From an uncultured Acidimicrobiia bacterium (GTDB lineage Bacteria > Actinomycetota > Acidimicrobiia > Acidimicrobiales > JACDCH01), in the NCBI GenBank assembly GCA_963821725.1, contig CAWGFA010000012.1, positions 64,229 to 128,228 of the forward strand: a stretch of 64,000 nucleotides of DNA. Direction: 5' to 3'. Each line of letters opens with the position of its first letter. Position 1 is the first letter of the stretch. The notes under the pieces are model-generated. The model did no database searches. It saw only the letters and a list, made by a program, of their open reading frames with translations, and was not told where the DNA came from. A program made the translations under genes and the position numbers. Shown one piece after another: positions 46,404-56,941 of the stretch.

Positions 46404-47528
46404 ATGGAGTTCGACCTTCCAGCAGCGGACGATCCCCGTCGCGCCGAGGTGCGACGGTGGCTGGCCGAGCATCCCCGTCCGTCCGCACGCGCGCTCGCGG
46501 AGGCGGGCTATGTGGCGCCCCACTGGCCGAAGCCGTACGGCCTCGACGCCGATCCGGTGCACCAGCTCGTCATCGACGACGAGCTGCGTCGAGCGGGCGT
46601 GCCGCGGCCGAGCAACCAGATCGGCATCGGCTGGGCCGGGCCGACGATCTTGCACGCCGGCACGGAAGCGCAGAAGGAGCGCTACCTCGTTCCGTTGCTC
46701 GCAGCCGAGGAGATCTGGTGCCAGCTGTTCAGCGAGCCCGAGGCGGGGAGCGACCTCGCGTCGCTGCGGACCCGTGCGGTGCGCGACGGCGACGAGTACG
46801 TCATCAACGGCTCGAAGATCTGGACCTCGGCCGCGCACGTGGCGAAGTTCGGCATCCTCATCGCGCGCACCGACCCCGACGCGCCGAAGCACAAGGGCAT
46901 CTCGTACTTCATCTGTCCGATGAAGACGACCGGCATCGAGATCCGGCCGATCGTGGAGATGACCGGCGCCCACATGTTCAACCAGGTGTTCTTCACCGAC
47001 GCACGCATCCCGGCCGCCAACCTCGTCGGTGACGAGAACGAGGGTTGGACGCTCGCCAAGGTGACGCTCGGCAACGAGCGCGTCTCGTTGTCGAGCGGCG
47101 GCGCGCTGTGGGGGATGGGGCCGACGGCAGACGACCTGCTCGACGTCGTGCGCAAGGCCGGCGGCGTGGACGATCCGATCGCCCGCCAGCGGCTCGCGCA
47201 GCTCCACATCGAGGCGAAGGTGCTCGACCTCATCCGTTTGCGGACCGTGAGTGCCCGCATCCGCGGTGAGCAACCCGGTCCCGAAGCGTCCATCCGCAAG
47301 GTGCTCGCTGACGAGCACGGCCAGCACATCATGCGCGTCGCTCGCGATCTGGCCGGTTCCGGCGGGATGCTCGCGTCGGGTGGCCCGCTCGGCACAGCGG
47401 CGGAGCCCTGGTACTACGGCTTCCTGTTCAGCCCGGCGCTCACGATCGGTGGCGGCACGGGCGAGGTGCAGCGTTCGATCATCGGCGAACGCGTTCTCGG
47501 CCTTCCGCACGAGCCTGCGCTGAACTGA
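46404..47528 (+). CDS. acyl-CoA dehydrogenase family protein
   Basis: Start MEFDLPAADDPRRAEVRRWL. ...WCQLFSEPEAGSDLASLRTRAVRDGDEYVINGSKIWTS...GGTGEVQRSIIGERVLGLP. Intact. It is a paralog of 40631-41738. Confidence 0.9.
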   Translation: MEFDLPAADDPRRAEVRRWLAEHPRPSARALAEAGYVAPHWPKPYGLDADPVHQLVIDDELRRAGVPRPSNQIGIGWAGPTILHAGTEAQKERYLVPLLAAEEIWCQLFSEPEAGSDLASLRTRAVRDGDEYVINGSKIWTSAAHVAKFGILIARTDPDAPKHKGISYFICPMKTTGIEIRPIVEMTGAHMFNQVFFTDARIPAANLVGDENEGWTLAKVTLGNERVSLSSGGALWGMGPTADDLLDVVRKAGGVDDPIARQRLAQLHIEAKVLDLIRLRTVSARIRGEQPGPEASIRKVLADEHGQHIMRVARDLAGSGGMLASGGPLGTAAEPWYYGFLFSPALTIGGGTGEVQRSIIGERVLGLPHEPALN

Positions 47529-47579
47529 CCACAGGGGGTTGGGGCCGGCGCAGGGCGCACCGCTACTCTGCGCCGCGTA

Positions 47580-47978
47580 ATGGCGCGAAAGGAAGGCAAG
47601 GGCGAGCACCTCGCGATGAAGGAACGCGTGGTCGTCACCACCGACATGCCCGGCGTGCCCGAGGGCACGACCGGCAGGGTCATCGTGGTCGAGGGGCTGA
47701 CGTGGATCCGCTACTGGGTCCGGTTCGACAACGGCGTCGTCCGGGGTTCGCTCAACCGCAAGGTCCTCGCGCGACCGAGTGAGTGGACCGAGATCGTCCG
47801 CCGCCGAGAGGCGGGTGAGGACCTGTCCGTCGACGACGATGGTGCTGCCGTCGCCGCGGCCGACGGTGCCGATGCGGCTGCCGTGGGACAGGGCGATTCG
47901 GTGATGGTCAACGGTGTCGCCGTTCCCGCGCATCTCCTCGAACGCAGCAAGAACCGTCGACAAACCTTGGGGGTGTGA
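47580..47978 (+). CDS. hypothetical protein
   Basis: 132-aa ORF with coding-like composition. The start may instead be MKERVVV at 47616. No family recognised. Confidence 0.45.
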   Translation: MARKEGKGEHLAMKERVVVTTDMPGVPEGTTGRVIVVEGLTWIRYWVRFDNGVVRGSLNRKVLARPSEWTEIVRRREAGEDLSVDDDGAAVAAADGADAAAVGQGDSVMVNGVAVPAHLLERSKNRRQTLGV

Positions 47979-47982
47979 ACTG

Positions 47983-49026
47983 ATGAAGGTCTCGATGCCA
48001 CTGAACTACGCGGGTGGGTTCGAAGCGTCGGCCCGGCAGGTCGTCGAGCTCGAGCACGCGGGTCTCGACCTCGTGTGGGTGGCCGAGGCCTACGGCTTCG
48101 ACGCCGTCAGCTTCATGGGCTACCTCGTCGCGAAGACCGAGCGGGTGCACATCGGATCGGGCATCGTGCCGCTGTACACGCGCACGCCGACCTTGCTCGC
48201 CATGACGGCTGCCGGACTCGACGCGCTCTCGGGCGGTCGCGCCGTGCTCGGTCTCGGCGCGTCGGGCCCGCAGGTCATCGAGGGATGGCACGGCATCCCG
48301 TACGACAAGCCCCTCGCTCGCACACGCGAGATCGTCGACATCTGCCGCAAGGTGTGGAAGCGCGAGGCACCCCTCACCAACGACGGTCCGATGTATCCGT
48401 TGCCGCTGCCGGAGGGGCAGGGCACCGGGCTGGGCAAGCCGCTCAAGATCATCGGCCATCCCGTGCGCGATCGCATCCCGATCTACGTCGCCTCGCTCGG
48501 CGAGAAGAACGTGGCCCTGACCGCCGAGATCGCCGACGGCTGGCTTCCGGTGTTCTTCGTGCCCGAGAAGGCGAAGGACGTGTTCGGCCCTTCGCTCGCG
48601 GCAGGCGCGGCGAAACGTGACCCTGCGCTCGGTCCACTCGACATCTGTGCCGGCGGCTTGGTGTGCATCACCGACGACAAGGCCGAGGCGGAGTCGGTGC
48701 GCGACCTCGGTCGGGCGATGGCCGCGCTGTACATCGGCGGCATGGGCGCGAAGGGCCAGAACTTCTACAACGCGCTCGCCCGTCGTTACGGCTACGACCA
48801 GGAGGCAGAGGAGATCCAGGACCTGTACCTCGCAGGCCACAAGCAGGAAGCGGCCGCGAAGGTCCCGGCGGACTTGCTCGAGCTCACCTCGCTGTGCGGA
48901 TCCGAGGGCTTCATCAAGGATCGCATCGCCGCCCACAAGGAAGCCGGCGTCACCGTCTTGCAGATCACGCCCTTCGGGGAGCGACCGGCGGAGATCGTCG
49001 AGAAGCTGAAGTCCTGGAGCGAGTAG
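47983..49026 (+). CDS. LLM class F420-dependent oxidoreductase
   Basis: MKVSMPLNYAGGF...LDLVWVAEAYGFDAVS...RAVLGLGASGPQVIEGWHG.... Intact 347 aa. Confidence 0.85.
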   Translation: MKVSMPLNYAGGFEASARQVVELEHAGLDLVWVAEAYGFDAVSFMGYLVAKTERVHIGSGIVPLYTRTPTLLAMTAAGLDALSGGRAVLGLGASGPQVIEGWHGIPYDKPLARTREIVDICRKVWKREAPLTNDGPMYPLPLPEGQGTGLGKPLKIIGHPVRDRIPIYVASLGEKNVALTAEIADGWLPVFFVPEKAKDVFGPSLAAGAAKRDPALGPLDICAGGLVCITDDKAEAESVRDLGRAMAALYIGGMGAKGQNFYNALARRYGYDQEAEEIQDLYLAGHKQEAAAKVPADLLELTSLCGSEGFIKDRIAAHKEAGVTVLQITPFGERPAEIVEKLKSWSE

Positions 49027-49043
49027 CGGCAGATGGGAAGGCT

Positions 49044-49071
49044 CCGCACCTCGGGGGGGACTGAGGTGCGG
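49044..49071. terminator. GC-rich hairpin between convergent genes (putative terminator)
   Basis: CCGCACCTC-gggggggact-GAGGTGCGG, a 9-bp stem, lies 18 nt after the LLM stop (49026). There is no U tract. Confidence 0.35.
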
Positions 49072-49153
49072 GCCTCCACCTGAGCAGCACCGCCGCGTGC
49101 CGCTCTCGTCACGATACGGAGCAAAGGTTTCGCGGAGATGAAGCGGGCGTGAA

Positions 49154-50402
49154 CTACGAGGAGGCGTAGGCGCCTGGTGTGGTGAACATGCCGTGGTGCC
49201 ACCGGCGGGGTGTGACGACGAGTGCTCGGGGATAACCCTCGAACAGCCAGCGACCGAAGCTCCTCGCGGTCCATGGAGTGAGCGACGCCAGACGGAGGCC
49301 GGCGCAGGCGCCCCGGCTGTGGCGGAGGGCGTGCACCAGGAGCCGAGACACGCGGTGGTCGGCGAACAGCGTGTCGCGGACGGTCGCTTCGTACGTGGCC
49401 ACCGTGCGAGACGGGTCGGACGGGCCCGCGTCGTTCATCGCCTGCCCGGCGAGCACCCCCGTGACGAGTGCTTGCGCGATGCCTTCACCCGTCATCGGAT
49501 CGGTCGCGCACGCGGCATCGCCGGCGAAGAGCACGCGACCGAACGTGAGCGGGGTCGAGTCGACGCGGGCGGGAATGGCCCATGCTCGGTGCGGTGCTTC
49601 GGGGCGCGCCGCTCGGGCCGAGCACCGATGCGATGTGGGGCCGCGCCAGCAGGTCGGGCCACGCCTCTTTCATGGCTCGCACGCGGTCGACGCGTCCCCC
49701 TCGGTGCTTGTCCGATCGTTGGATGCCGAAGCCGACGTTCGCTCGTCCGTCCGGGAGTGGGAACGACCATGCGTAACCGGGGAGGAGATCCGGTTCGAAC
49801 CACACCCACAACTCGCGAGCCTGCGGTCCGACGCCGGTGAAGTACTGCCGGAAGGCGTGCCACTCGCCGAGGTACCCGGGCGTCGCCGCGCCGACTGCCT
49901 TGCGGAGCGGCGACCACATGCCGTCCGCACCGACTGCGTAGTGCGCGTGCAACTCGCCGATGCCGTCGACGTCGACGACGACCCTGTCGTGTCGTTGGTG
50001 CGCGTTCGTGAGCGCGTGACCGTCGAGCACCTTCGCGCCCGCGGCACGCGCCAGGTCGATGAGCGCGCTGTCGAGATCGGCGCGGCGGACGACGGCCGCG
50101 AACTGTCCCTGCCCGCGGGGTAGCGGGAACGTCGAGATGCGACCCGACGGCGAGCGGACGACGACGTCGTCAACGGTCTGCCACGACGACAGCGCGGCAG
50201 GATCGAGTCCGAGTGCTTCGAGCAGGCGGAGCGCCTCTGCTGTCAAGCCGTCGCCACAGCACTTGTCGCGCGGGAACCGCGCCTTGTCGACCACGACGAC
50301 GTCCCGGCCAGCGCGGGCGAGCGTGATGGCAGCCGCCGCGCCGGCAGGGCCACCGCCGACGACAACGACGTCGGCGACGTCGGTTGCGGGCGCCCTCTGC
50401 AC
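49154..50402 (-). pseudogene. geranylgeranyl reductase family FAD-dependent oxidoreductase, one frame disruption near 49602 (CCCC run)
   Basis: ORF 49485..50402(-) gives DVVVVGGGPAGAAAAITLARAG...DKCCGDGL.... ORF 49154..49534(-) gives the FAD-binding C-terminal motif VLFAGDAACATDPMTGEGI.... Confidence 0.8.
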
Positions 50403-50412
50403 CCGAGCGACG

Positions 50413-50947
50413 TTACCTGCGACGCTCCGCGCCGACTAAGGCGACGAACAGCACCGCCGGCTCGGTGCCGGCGTTGCGCCATCGGTGTCGCGTGCCGTTC
50501 TGAACGAAGGTGTCGCCCTTCTTCAGCGTGACCTCCGCGCCGTCGTCGAGCTCGCAGATCACCTCGCCGGACAGCACGACTTCGAAGTCGACCGTGTCGG
50601 TGGTGTGCATGCCGGGATCGTCGGGCTCCATGTGCGCCGCCATGCCCGGCAGCTGTGTCTCCATCTCGGCGAGGGCCGCCCCGACGTCGAGGTCGGAGGG
50701 CAGGTCGACGCCCGCGGGCGCCACCGTGAAGAACCCGAACCGGTAACCGGTCGCCGGCGGGAAGTACGCCGGTGCCGCTGGTGGCTGCCCGTCTGTCGGA
50801 AGGGTGGACGCGACGTCAGAGCCCCACAGCCGGTGGAACTCGTAACCGGGCAACAGGTCGAGGGTGATCGGCGTCGACCTCTTCGTCGGACACGAACACC
50901 GACTTGCCGTCCGCGTTCTGCCCGGTCACCACGCGACGAACCTTCAT
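50413..50947 (-). pseudogene. cupin domain protein, one frame disruption near 50872
   Basis: MKVRRVVTGQNADGKSVFVSDEEVDA joins ITLDLLPGYEFHRLWG... (ORF 50413..50853). The ATG overlaps the WS/DGAT stop (TGATG). Confidence 0.65.
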
Positions 50948-52343
50948 CACGTCACCTTTCGTATCTCGTCGATCCCTTCGAGCAGGCACGCGTGGAACAC
51001 GTCCGGATCAGGGATCGCGGCTGGGTCGGTGTTGACTGCGATCTGCAACTCGTCCAGATAGCTGAGCAACGCGATGTTCGCTGCAGCGCCGGTCATGGGC
51101 GCGAACGCGAACTGCGCTTCCAGCCGCGCGCCCGCGAAGAACACCGGAACGGGAACGCCTGGCACGTTGGTGGCGACGAAGTCGACGCCTCTGAGCATCG
51201 CGCCGAACACGCCCGTCGACAGCGCGGTGGGGAGCCGGTACAGCACGCCGGCGAGCGGCTCGGTCAGCGCAAGTGCCGGCTCGGCGCGTTGCTCGAGCAC
51301 GAGTTCCCGGATCGCTCGCATGCGTTCGATGGGGTCTTCGATCGTCATCGGCACCGCGAACCGCGCCGGCGCGAACTGATTGCCGGCGAGGTCGGCGGTG
51401 TCGTCCGTCCGAACGTTGATGGGCATCGTCATCCGCAAGGCGTCGATGGCCACGCCGTGCCGGTCGTGGTAGCGGCGCAAGCCGCCGGCGACAGCGGCGA
51501 TGAACGCGTCGTTGAGCTTGCCGTCCACCGTGCGAGCCGCTGCTTTCAGCTCCGCGAGCGGCGCCACGATCGTGTCGAACCGGACGCTCAACGAGCGGTT
51601 GGTCATCACCGGGCTCAGCGGTGACGTTGCGGGCGCGAGCATCCGCGCCACGGAGGTCGCGGTGTCGCGCGTCCGGCCGACGACGCCAACGCCATCGCGT
51701 CGCAGCGCTGCCGCGCCCGACACCGCCGATCGGAACGACCGGCGTGCCCGGCCGAGCTGGCGACGGCGCTCGTGCTGCAGCGCGTCGCGCACCCGCTCGA
51801 ACTGGTTCATGACGTGGACCTCGGGTGCATCGGGCACCTCGCGATCGAGCGCGCTGTCGCGTTCGAGGTCGAACAGATGCATCGCGATCTTGATCGCGCC
51901 GACCCCGTCGGTGATGGCGTGGTGGATCTTGATGATCAACCCGGCGCGCCGTCGGCCAAGTCGTCCACGACGGTGAACTCCCACAGCGGTCGCGCCCGAT
52001 CGAAGCCCTGCATCGCGATCGGCTGCGCCATGTCGAGCAGGTCGCGCAGCGAGCCGTCGCCGCCCGCCCTCGTCCACCGCAGGTGGTAGTCGAGATCGAA
52101 GTTGGGATCGACCTCCCATCGCGGTGGCGCGATCGACAGCGGGTTGGACACGACCCGCTGACGCAATCGCAGGACCAGCCGCGTCGCGCGTTCGAGGCTG
52201 TCGGTCAGGCGCTCGCGGTCAGGCGACCGGTCGAGCACGGCGACCGCGGTGATCGTGGACCGCAGCTGCGGGTCCTTCTCGATGGTCCACATGAGCGCGT
52301 CGGCGTCGCTCATCCGGTGCTCGAAGCGCATGGACTCGGGCAT
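50947..52343 (-). pseudogene. WS/DGAT family protein (paralog of 30375-31791), one frame disruption near 51945
   Basis: ORF 51936..52343(-) gives ...FEHRMSDADALMWTIEKDP...RPLWEFTVVDDLADG. ORF 50947..52119(-) gives ...GLIIKIHHAITDGVG (HHxxxDG motif) and continues to the C-terminus. Confidence 0.8.
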
Positions 52344-52404
52344 CGCCCCATTGTCGTGCGCTCGCCGTGCGGACGCACGCCCGAGGCGTCGATCTGCTCG
52401 AACT

Positions 52405-52449
52405 GGCGTGCACAGCCCACACGGGATGTGGGTGATGCACGCCGAAACG
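52405..52449 (-). repeat. nested hairpin element family H, copy 2 (between the VanW stop and the second WS/DGAT start)
   Basis: The minus strand reads CGTTTC-GGCGTGC-atca-CCCACA-tcccg-TGTGGG-ctgt-GCACGCC. The inner hairpin matches copy 1. The outer stem differs at one base pair, changed on both arms. Confidence 0.7.
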
Positions 52450-52463
52450 CAGGACCAGGGGGG

Positions 52464-54181
52464 TCAGCAGCGCACGCCGTCGGCGGGCTGGTACAGCGCG
52501 GACACCGAGTCGTTGGCGACGTGGCCGTCGACGTACGTGCGCACCCGTGGCGTGGTGACCCGTGTGCACACGCCGCTCTTGGCGTCCTGTGTCGGCCCGG
52601 CGGCCACGTCGACGTAGTGCGTCGAGTACATGTGGACCGTCAGCGTCGTCGCGTCGTACGTCGGCCACAACAGGATCCCGTACGGCGTCGAGTTCTTGAC
52701 CTTCAGGTCGGGGCTCGGCCACGAGATGGTCGGCTTCGCGTCCTCGCGGGTAGCGGCTGAGGTACAGCGAGTGCGACTGGTACGACACGAGATCGAGGCC
52801 GGAGAAGAACGAGGCGTTGAACATGGTGGTCGCGAACTGCGACACGCCGCCACCGATGTCGTGATCTTCGGTGGCGTTGTAGATGACGGGCGCATCGACG
52901 AACCCACGCGCCGCGGTCCGCTGACCGACGAAGCCGTTCACGGAGAACGTCTCGCCCGGCTGGATCACGTGACCACGCACGATGTCGGCGATCAGGTGGA
53001 TGTTCGTGACGCGTGGCTGGCAGCACGCATGATGCGTCGTCGGCCCGAACATGTCCGGCTGCCCCACCTCCTCGACGATGCCGAGTTGTTGCGCGGCCTC
53101 GGTCGTGAACTTCGGACGTTGCGTGACGACCGACAGCGTGAGCCGCGGCGTGTTGGTCTGCAAGGCGGCGAAGACCTTCTGTGACGCTCCCGGTTCGCAG
53201 CATCCGGCACCGTCCTGGCTCGGATGGAGGACCGGCTTGCCGCCCTCGACGGTGAAGCTCGCGTCGACCGGACTCTGGGCCACGGTCCCGAACAGGGCAG
53301 AGATGCCGGCGACCGCGGCCGCGTCGTCGATACCGACCGTGAGCGCACCGTCCTTCGGCACTGCTCGGAGCCACGACGCCACCGCCGCCGGGTCGAGGGG
53401 CTTGGTCTGGGAGCCGATCGTCAGGGTCAAGGAGTGATGGGCGACCGTGTTGGCTTCGTCCGCGATCCGTTCCGCGTCGGCGTCGGTGAACTGTGGGGCG
53501 AGCGCGCCCTGGTCGACATGGACTTCGATCGGCTTCGTCGACGACGTGCCTGGAGCTGCGGCGACGAGCGCGTCCGCGAGCTGGTTCGGTTCGATCCCGA
53601 CCCCGGGCTTGCCGGGGACGACCTCGACGGCGCCTGCGGCCGAAGCCTTGATCGACGGCTCGGTGGGATCGACGTGCGCGTTGCCCTCGACGGCGCGGGC
53701 ACCGTCGGCGGTCACGAGACGATCGATCTGGAACGCCGGCGCGACCTTCCGCGTCGAGACGAGCGACGCGACCCAGCGGAACGGCCGCACGAGGACGTTG
53801 TCTTTGTGTCCCACCTTCATGACGGCGTCGACGGTGTTCGGCTGGTCGATGCTGAGACCGAGCGCTTCGGCCGTCGTGTCGTAGCTCGCGTGCGGCGTGA
53901 CGATGTGCACCGCCTTGTTGCGGGCGGCGTCCGCCTGCCGGCTGACTTCCGCGGCAAGGTCGTCGTGGGAGTCGCCCCCGACGCCGTGCCCCGCCAGCGC
54001 GACGTTGCGGGCCACACGTCCGCCCTGGCCCCGGACGTCGAGGCCCCACGCCGGCGACCAGCAGCACCACCACGGCCACGGGCGTCACCACCAGGAGCAC
54101 GCGTCCCCATCGGCGACGGCGGAACAGCACGCGACGGGGCACCCTCCACGATGGCACGGAGACTGGCGCCGACCCCGTCAT
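52464..54181 (-). pseudogene. VanW family protein with an N-terminal TM anchor, two frame disruptions (about 54033 in a GGGG run, and about 52737)
   Basis: MTGSAPVSVPSW...VLLVVTPVAVVVLLVAGVG is in the frame of ORF 52703..55042. The long central part is in ORF 52219..54015. The VanW core is GETFSVNGFVG...GGGVSQFATTMFNASFFSGL. The tail is in ORF 52464..52907. Confidence 0.75.
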
Positions 54182-54262
54182 CCTCCACAAGATGAGCCAC
54201 GGACCGGCGCGAGTGAGGCCGCCGGACAGGTGCCGAAGAAGGGGACAGGACACGTGGCAGGA

Positions 54263-55159
54263 ATGTGCGAGGGACGGATCTGCATCGTGACGGGCGCGGG
54301 TCGGGGAATCGGGAGGGAGCACGCGCTGATGCTCGCCTCCCATGGCGCGAAGGTCGTGGTCAACGACCTGGGCGGCGAGATGGACGGCTCCGGTCGCTCG
54401 ACCGGACCCGCCCAGGACGTGGTCGACGAGATCGTCGCGGCAGGGGGCGAAGGCGTCGCCAACACCGACGACGTGTCCGACTGGGAAGGGGCGCAGCGTC
54501 TCGTCAACACCGCGGTCGAGACGTTCGGCGGGCTCGACGTGCTCGTCAACAACGCCGGCATCCTGCGCGACCGGATGCTCGTGAACATGACCGAAGAGGA
54601 GTGGGACGCGGTCGTCAAGGTCCATCTCAAGGGAACGTTCGCGCCCACCCGTTGGGCGGCGTCGTACTGGCGAGACCGCATGAAGGCGGGCGAGGCCAAC
54701 GACGCCCGCGTCGTCAACACGACGTCGGTCTCGGGCATCTACGGCAATCCGGGCCAGACCAACTACGGCGCCGCCAAGATGGGCATCGGCGCGTTCACCA
54801 TCATCAGCTCGCTCGAGCTCGGTCGCTACGGCGTGACGGTCAACGCGATCGCTCCCGGCGCGTTGACACGCATGACCGCCAACCTCGGCATGGGTCAGGC
54901 GTCCGAGGAGGACAAGGAGATGATGTCGCCGCGCTGGATCGCCCCCGTTGCAACGTGGCTGGCATCGACGCAGTCCGCCGGCGTCACGGGGCGCGTGTTC
55001 GAGGCATCCGGTCGGGTGTTCGGCATCGCGGAGAGCTGGCACCGCGGCCCGACGTCGGACCCGGTCGACGATCCGACGAAGATCGACACGATCGCCCGCA
55101 AGCTGCTCGCGGAGGCCCGTCCGAACGCCGACATGGCCGGCCGGGACCGCAAGGAGTGA
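54263..55159 (+). CDS. SDR family oxidoreductase (NDLGG-type, paralog of 41820-42713)
   Basis: MCEGRICIVTGAGRGIGREHAL...VVVNDLGG...NNAGILRD...YGAAKMG.... Intact. Confidence 0.85.
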   Translation: MCEGRICIVTGAGRGIGREHALMLASHGAKVVVNDLGGEMDGSGRSTGPAQDVVDEIVAAGGEGVANTDDVSDWEGAQRLVNTAVETFGGLDVLVNNAGILRDRMLVNMTEEEWDAVVKVHLKGTFAPTRWAASYWRDRMKAGEANDARVVNTTSVSGIYGNPGQTNYGAAKMGIGAFTIISSLELGRYGVTVNAIAPGALTRMTANLGMGQASEEDKEMMSPRWIAPVATWLASTQSAGVTGRVFEASGRVFGIAESWHRGPTSDPVDDPTKIDTIARKLLAEARPNADMAGRDRKE

Positions 55160-56081
55160 TCCCGGCGCCGACCGGGACCGTCATCCTCGGCCGACGGTCG
55201 CCGGCTGTCGTACGACGACGTCGGCGACCCGTCGGGCGCACCGGTCGTGTACCTCCACGGCTGTCCCGGACTGCCGGCTCACCCGCCATCCCGACGACGG
55301 GGTCGCCACGCGCGCCGGTGTCAGGTTGATCGCGGTCGACCGGCCCGGCTACGGCGCGAGCGATCGCTGATGACGACGGCGACGAGAACAGCGCTCGCGG
55401 CTGACGTCGTCGCGCTCGCCGACGCGCTCGACATCGATCGCTTCGCGGTGCTCGGTTGGTCGTCGGGCGGTCCGGGAGCGCTCGCGCTGGCCGCTCGCCA
55501 CCCGTCGCGAGTCGCGGTCGCAGGCGTGGCGGCAGGACAGGTGCCGATCGAAGCCGATGCCGACCCTGAGGTGCGCGCCGCGCTCGACCCGGTGATCGCA
55601 GCCCGCACGGATGTCATCGACGAGATGACACCGGACGAGTTCGCAGTCTTCGGTTGCACCGCTCGTCGCCGCGCCCGGGACTGCACGATCGAGCTCGCCC
55701 GTGACCTGGTCGTCGACGGCAAGCCGGCCGAGTACCTCCACGACCTCGACTCGGTCGACGGCCTGCTCGACCAGCTCGCGCTCGGGACGATGGCAGCAGT
55801 CGAGCACGGCCTCGCCGGCGTCGAGCGCGACCTGCGCGCCATGGTCTCGCCGTGGCCGTTCGACGCTCTCGAGCATCACCACGCCGGTGGTCCTCTGGTA
55901 CGGATCCGACGACGCGATGTTCGGTCCGGCCGCCGGACGCTGGCTGGCCGAGCGGATCCCGACCGCTCGGCTCGAGGTCGTCGAGGCGTCGCACCTGCTG
56001 CCCCTCGTACGGTGGGAGTCGATCCTGACCGTGCTCTCGTCACATCTCGACCGAAGGGAAGAACATGCCACTCAACCATGA
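55156..56081 (+). pseudogene. alpha/beta hydrolase, at least four frame disruptions
   Basis: Pieces: VIPAPTGTVIL, DGRRLSYDDVGDPSGAPVVYLHGCP, GVRLIAVDRPGYGASD, ALDIDRFAVLGWSSGGPGALALAA (nucleophile elbow GWSSGG), and PVVLWYGSDDAMFGPAAGRWLAERIPTARLEVVEASHLLP (ORF 55701..56081). Confidence 0.65.
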
Positions 56082-56916
56082 CGCTGTCGGTGCTCGGGGC
56101 GAGCCGGGCGAGCGCAGCTGGAACTCGAAGGACGCCATCGTCTACGCCCTGGGCGTCGGGTGCGGTGTGGACGATCTGCCGTTCACGACCGAGAACACGC
56201 AAGGAGTGGAGCAGCAGGTGCTGCCGACGATGGGCGTCGTGCTGCCGGTCGGTGGTCGGGGCGCCTGGGACGAGCTCGGCGACGTCAACTGGACGATGCT
56301 CGTGCACGGCGAGCAGGCGATCGAGCTCCACCAACCGATCCCGGTCGAGGGAACGTGCCGGTCGACGACGACCGTGACCGGCATCTACGACAAGGGATCC
56401 GGCGCGGTCGTCGTGACCGAGACCGAATCGGTCGACGCGAAGTCCGGCGATCCGCTGTTCACGACCCGTTCGGCGGCGTTCATCCGCGGTGAAGGTGGTT
56501 GGGGAGGCGATCGCGGCCCGAGCGCCGAGCGACCGTCCCACGGCACCCGAGCGCGAGCCCGATCACGTCGTGAAGTACCAGACCGGCCGCGACCAAGCGT
56601 TGATCTACCGGCTGTCCGGTGATCGCAATCCGCTTGCACTCCGATCCGGCGTTCGCACAGCGCCGCCGGATTCGACACACCGATCCTGCACGGCCTGTGC
56701 ACATACGGCTTCACGGGCCGCGCGCTGCTCCACACGTTGTGCGGATCCGATCCGTCGAGGTTCAAGTCGATGGAGGGTCGCTTCAGCTCGCCCGTGTTCC
56801 CGGGTGACGAGCTGACGATCTTGATGTGGTTGACCGGCGACGGCGAGGCGATCTTCCAGACGCGCCGCCCGGGCGACGTCGTCGTGCTCGACAACGGGTT
56901 GTGCCGGTTCACGTGA
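56065..56916 (+). pseudogene. MaoC family (R)-specific enoyl-CoA hydratase (double hot-dog), at least three frame disruptions
   Basis: ORF 56065..56622 holds the N-terminal hot-dog half. The hydratase-2 motif [13 protein letters not shown](H)SDP is split over two frames. The corrected tail is ...[16 protein letters not shown]...[16 protein letters not shown].... Confidence 0.75.
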
Positions 56917-56941
56917 CGGGCTGAACCGCCATCGGTTTCGC

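Noticed and set aside
52703-55042. 779-aa minus-strand ORF. Similar long ORFs occur at 20237-22150(-), 46368-47963(-), 61625-63328(-), 19059-20252(-), 17445-18632(-) and 8513-10057(+).
   Set aside because: All are antisense or out of frame relative to genes with clear family motifs. They have Arg/Gly/Pro/Ala-dominated composition and carry no recognisable domains. Only short segments were used, where they supply a piece of a frameshifted gene (for example the VanW N-terminus at 54040-54181).
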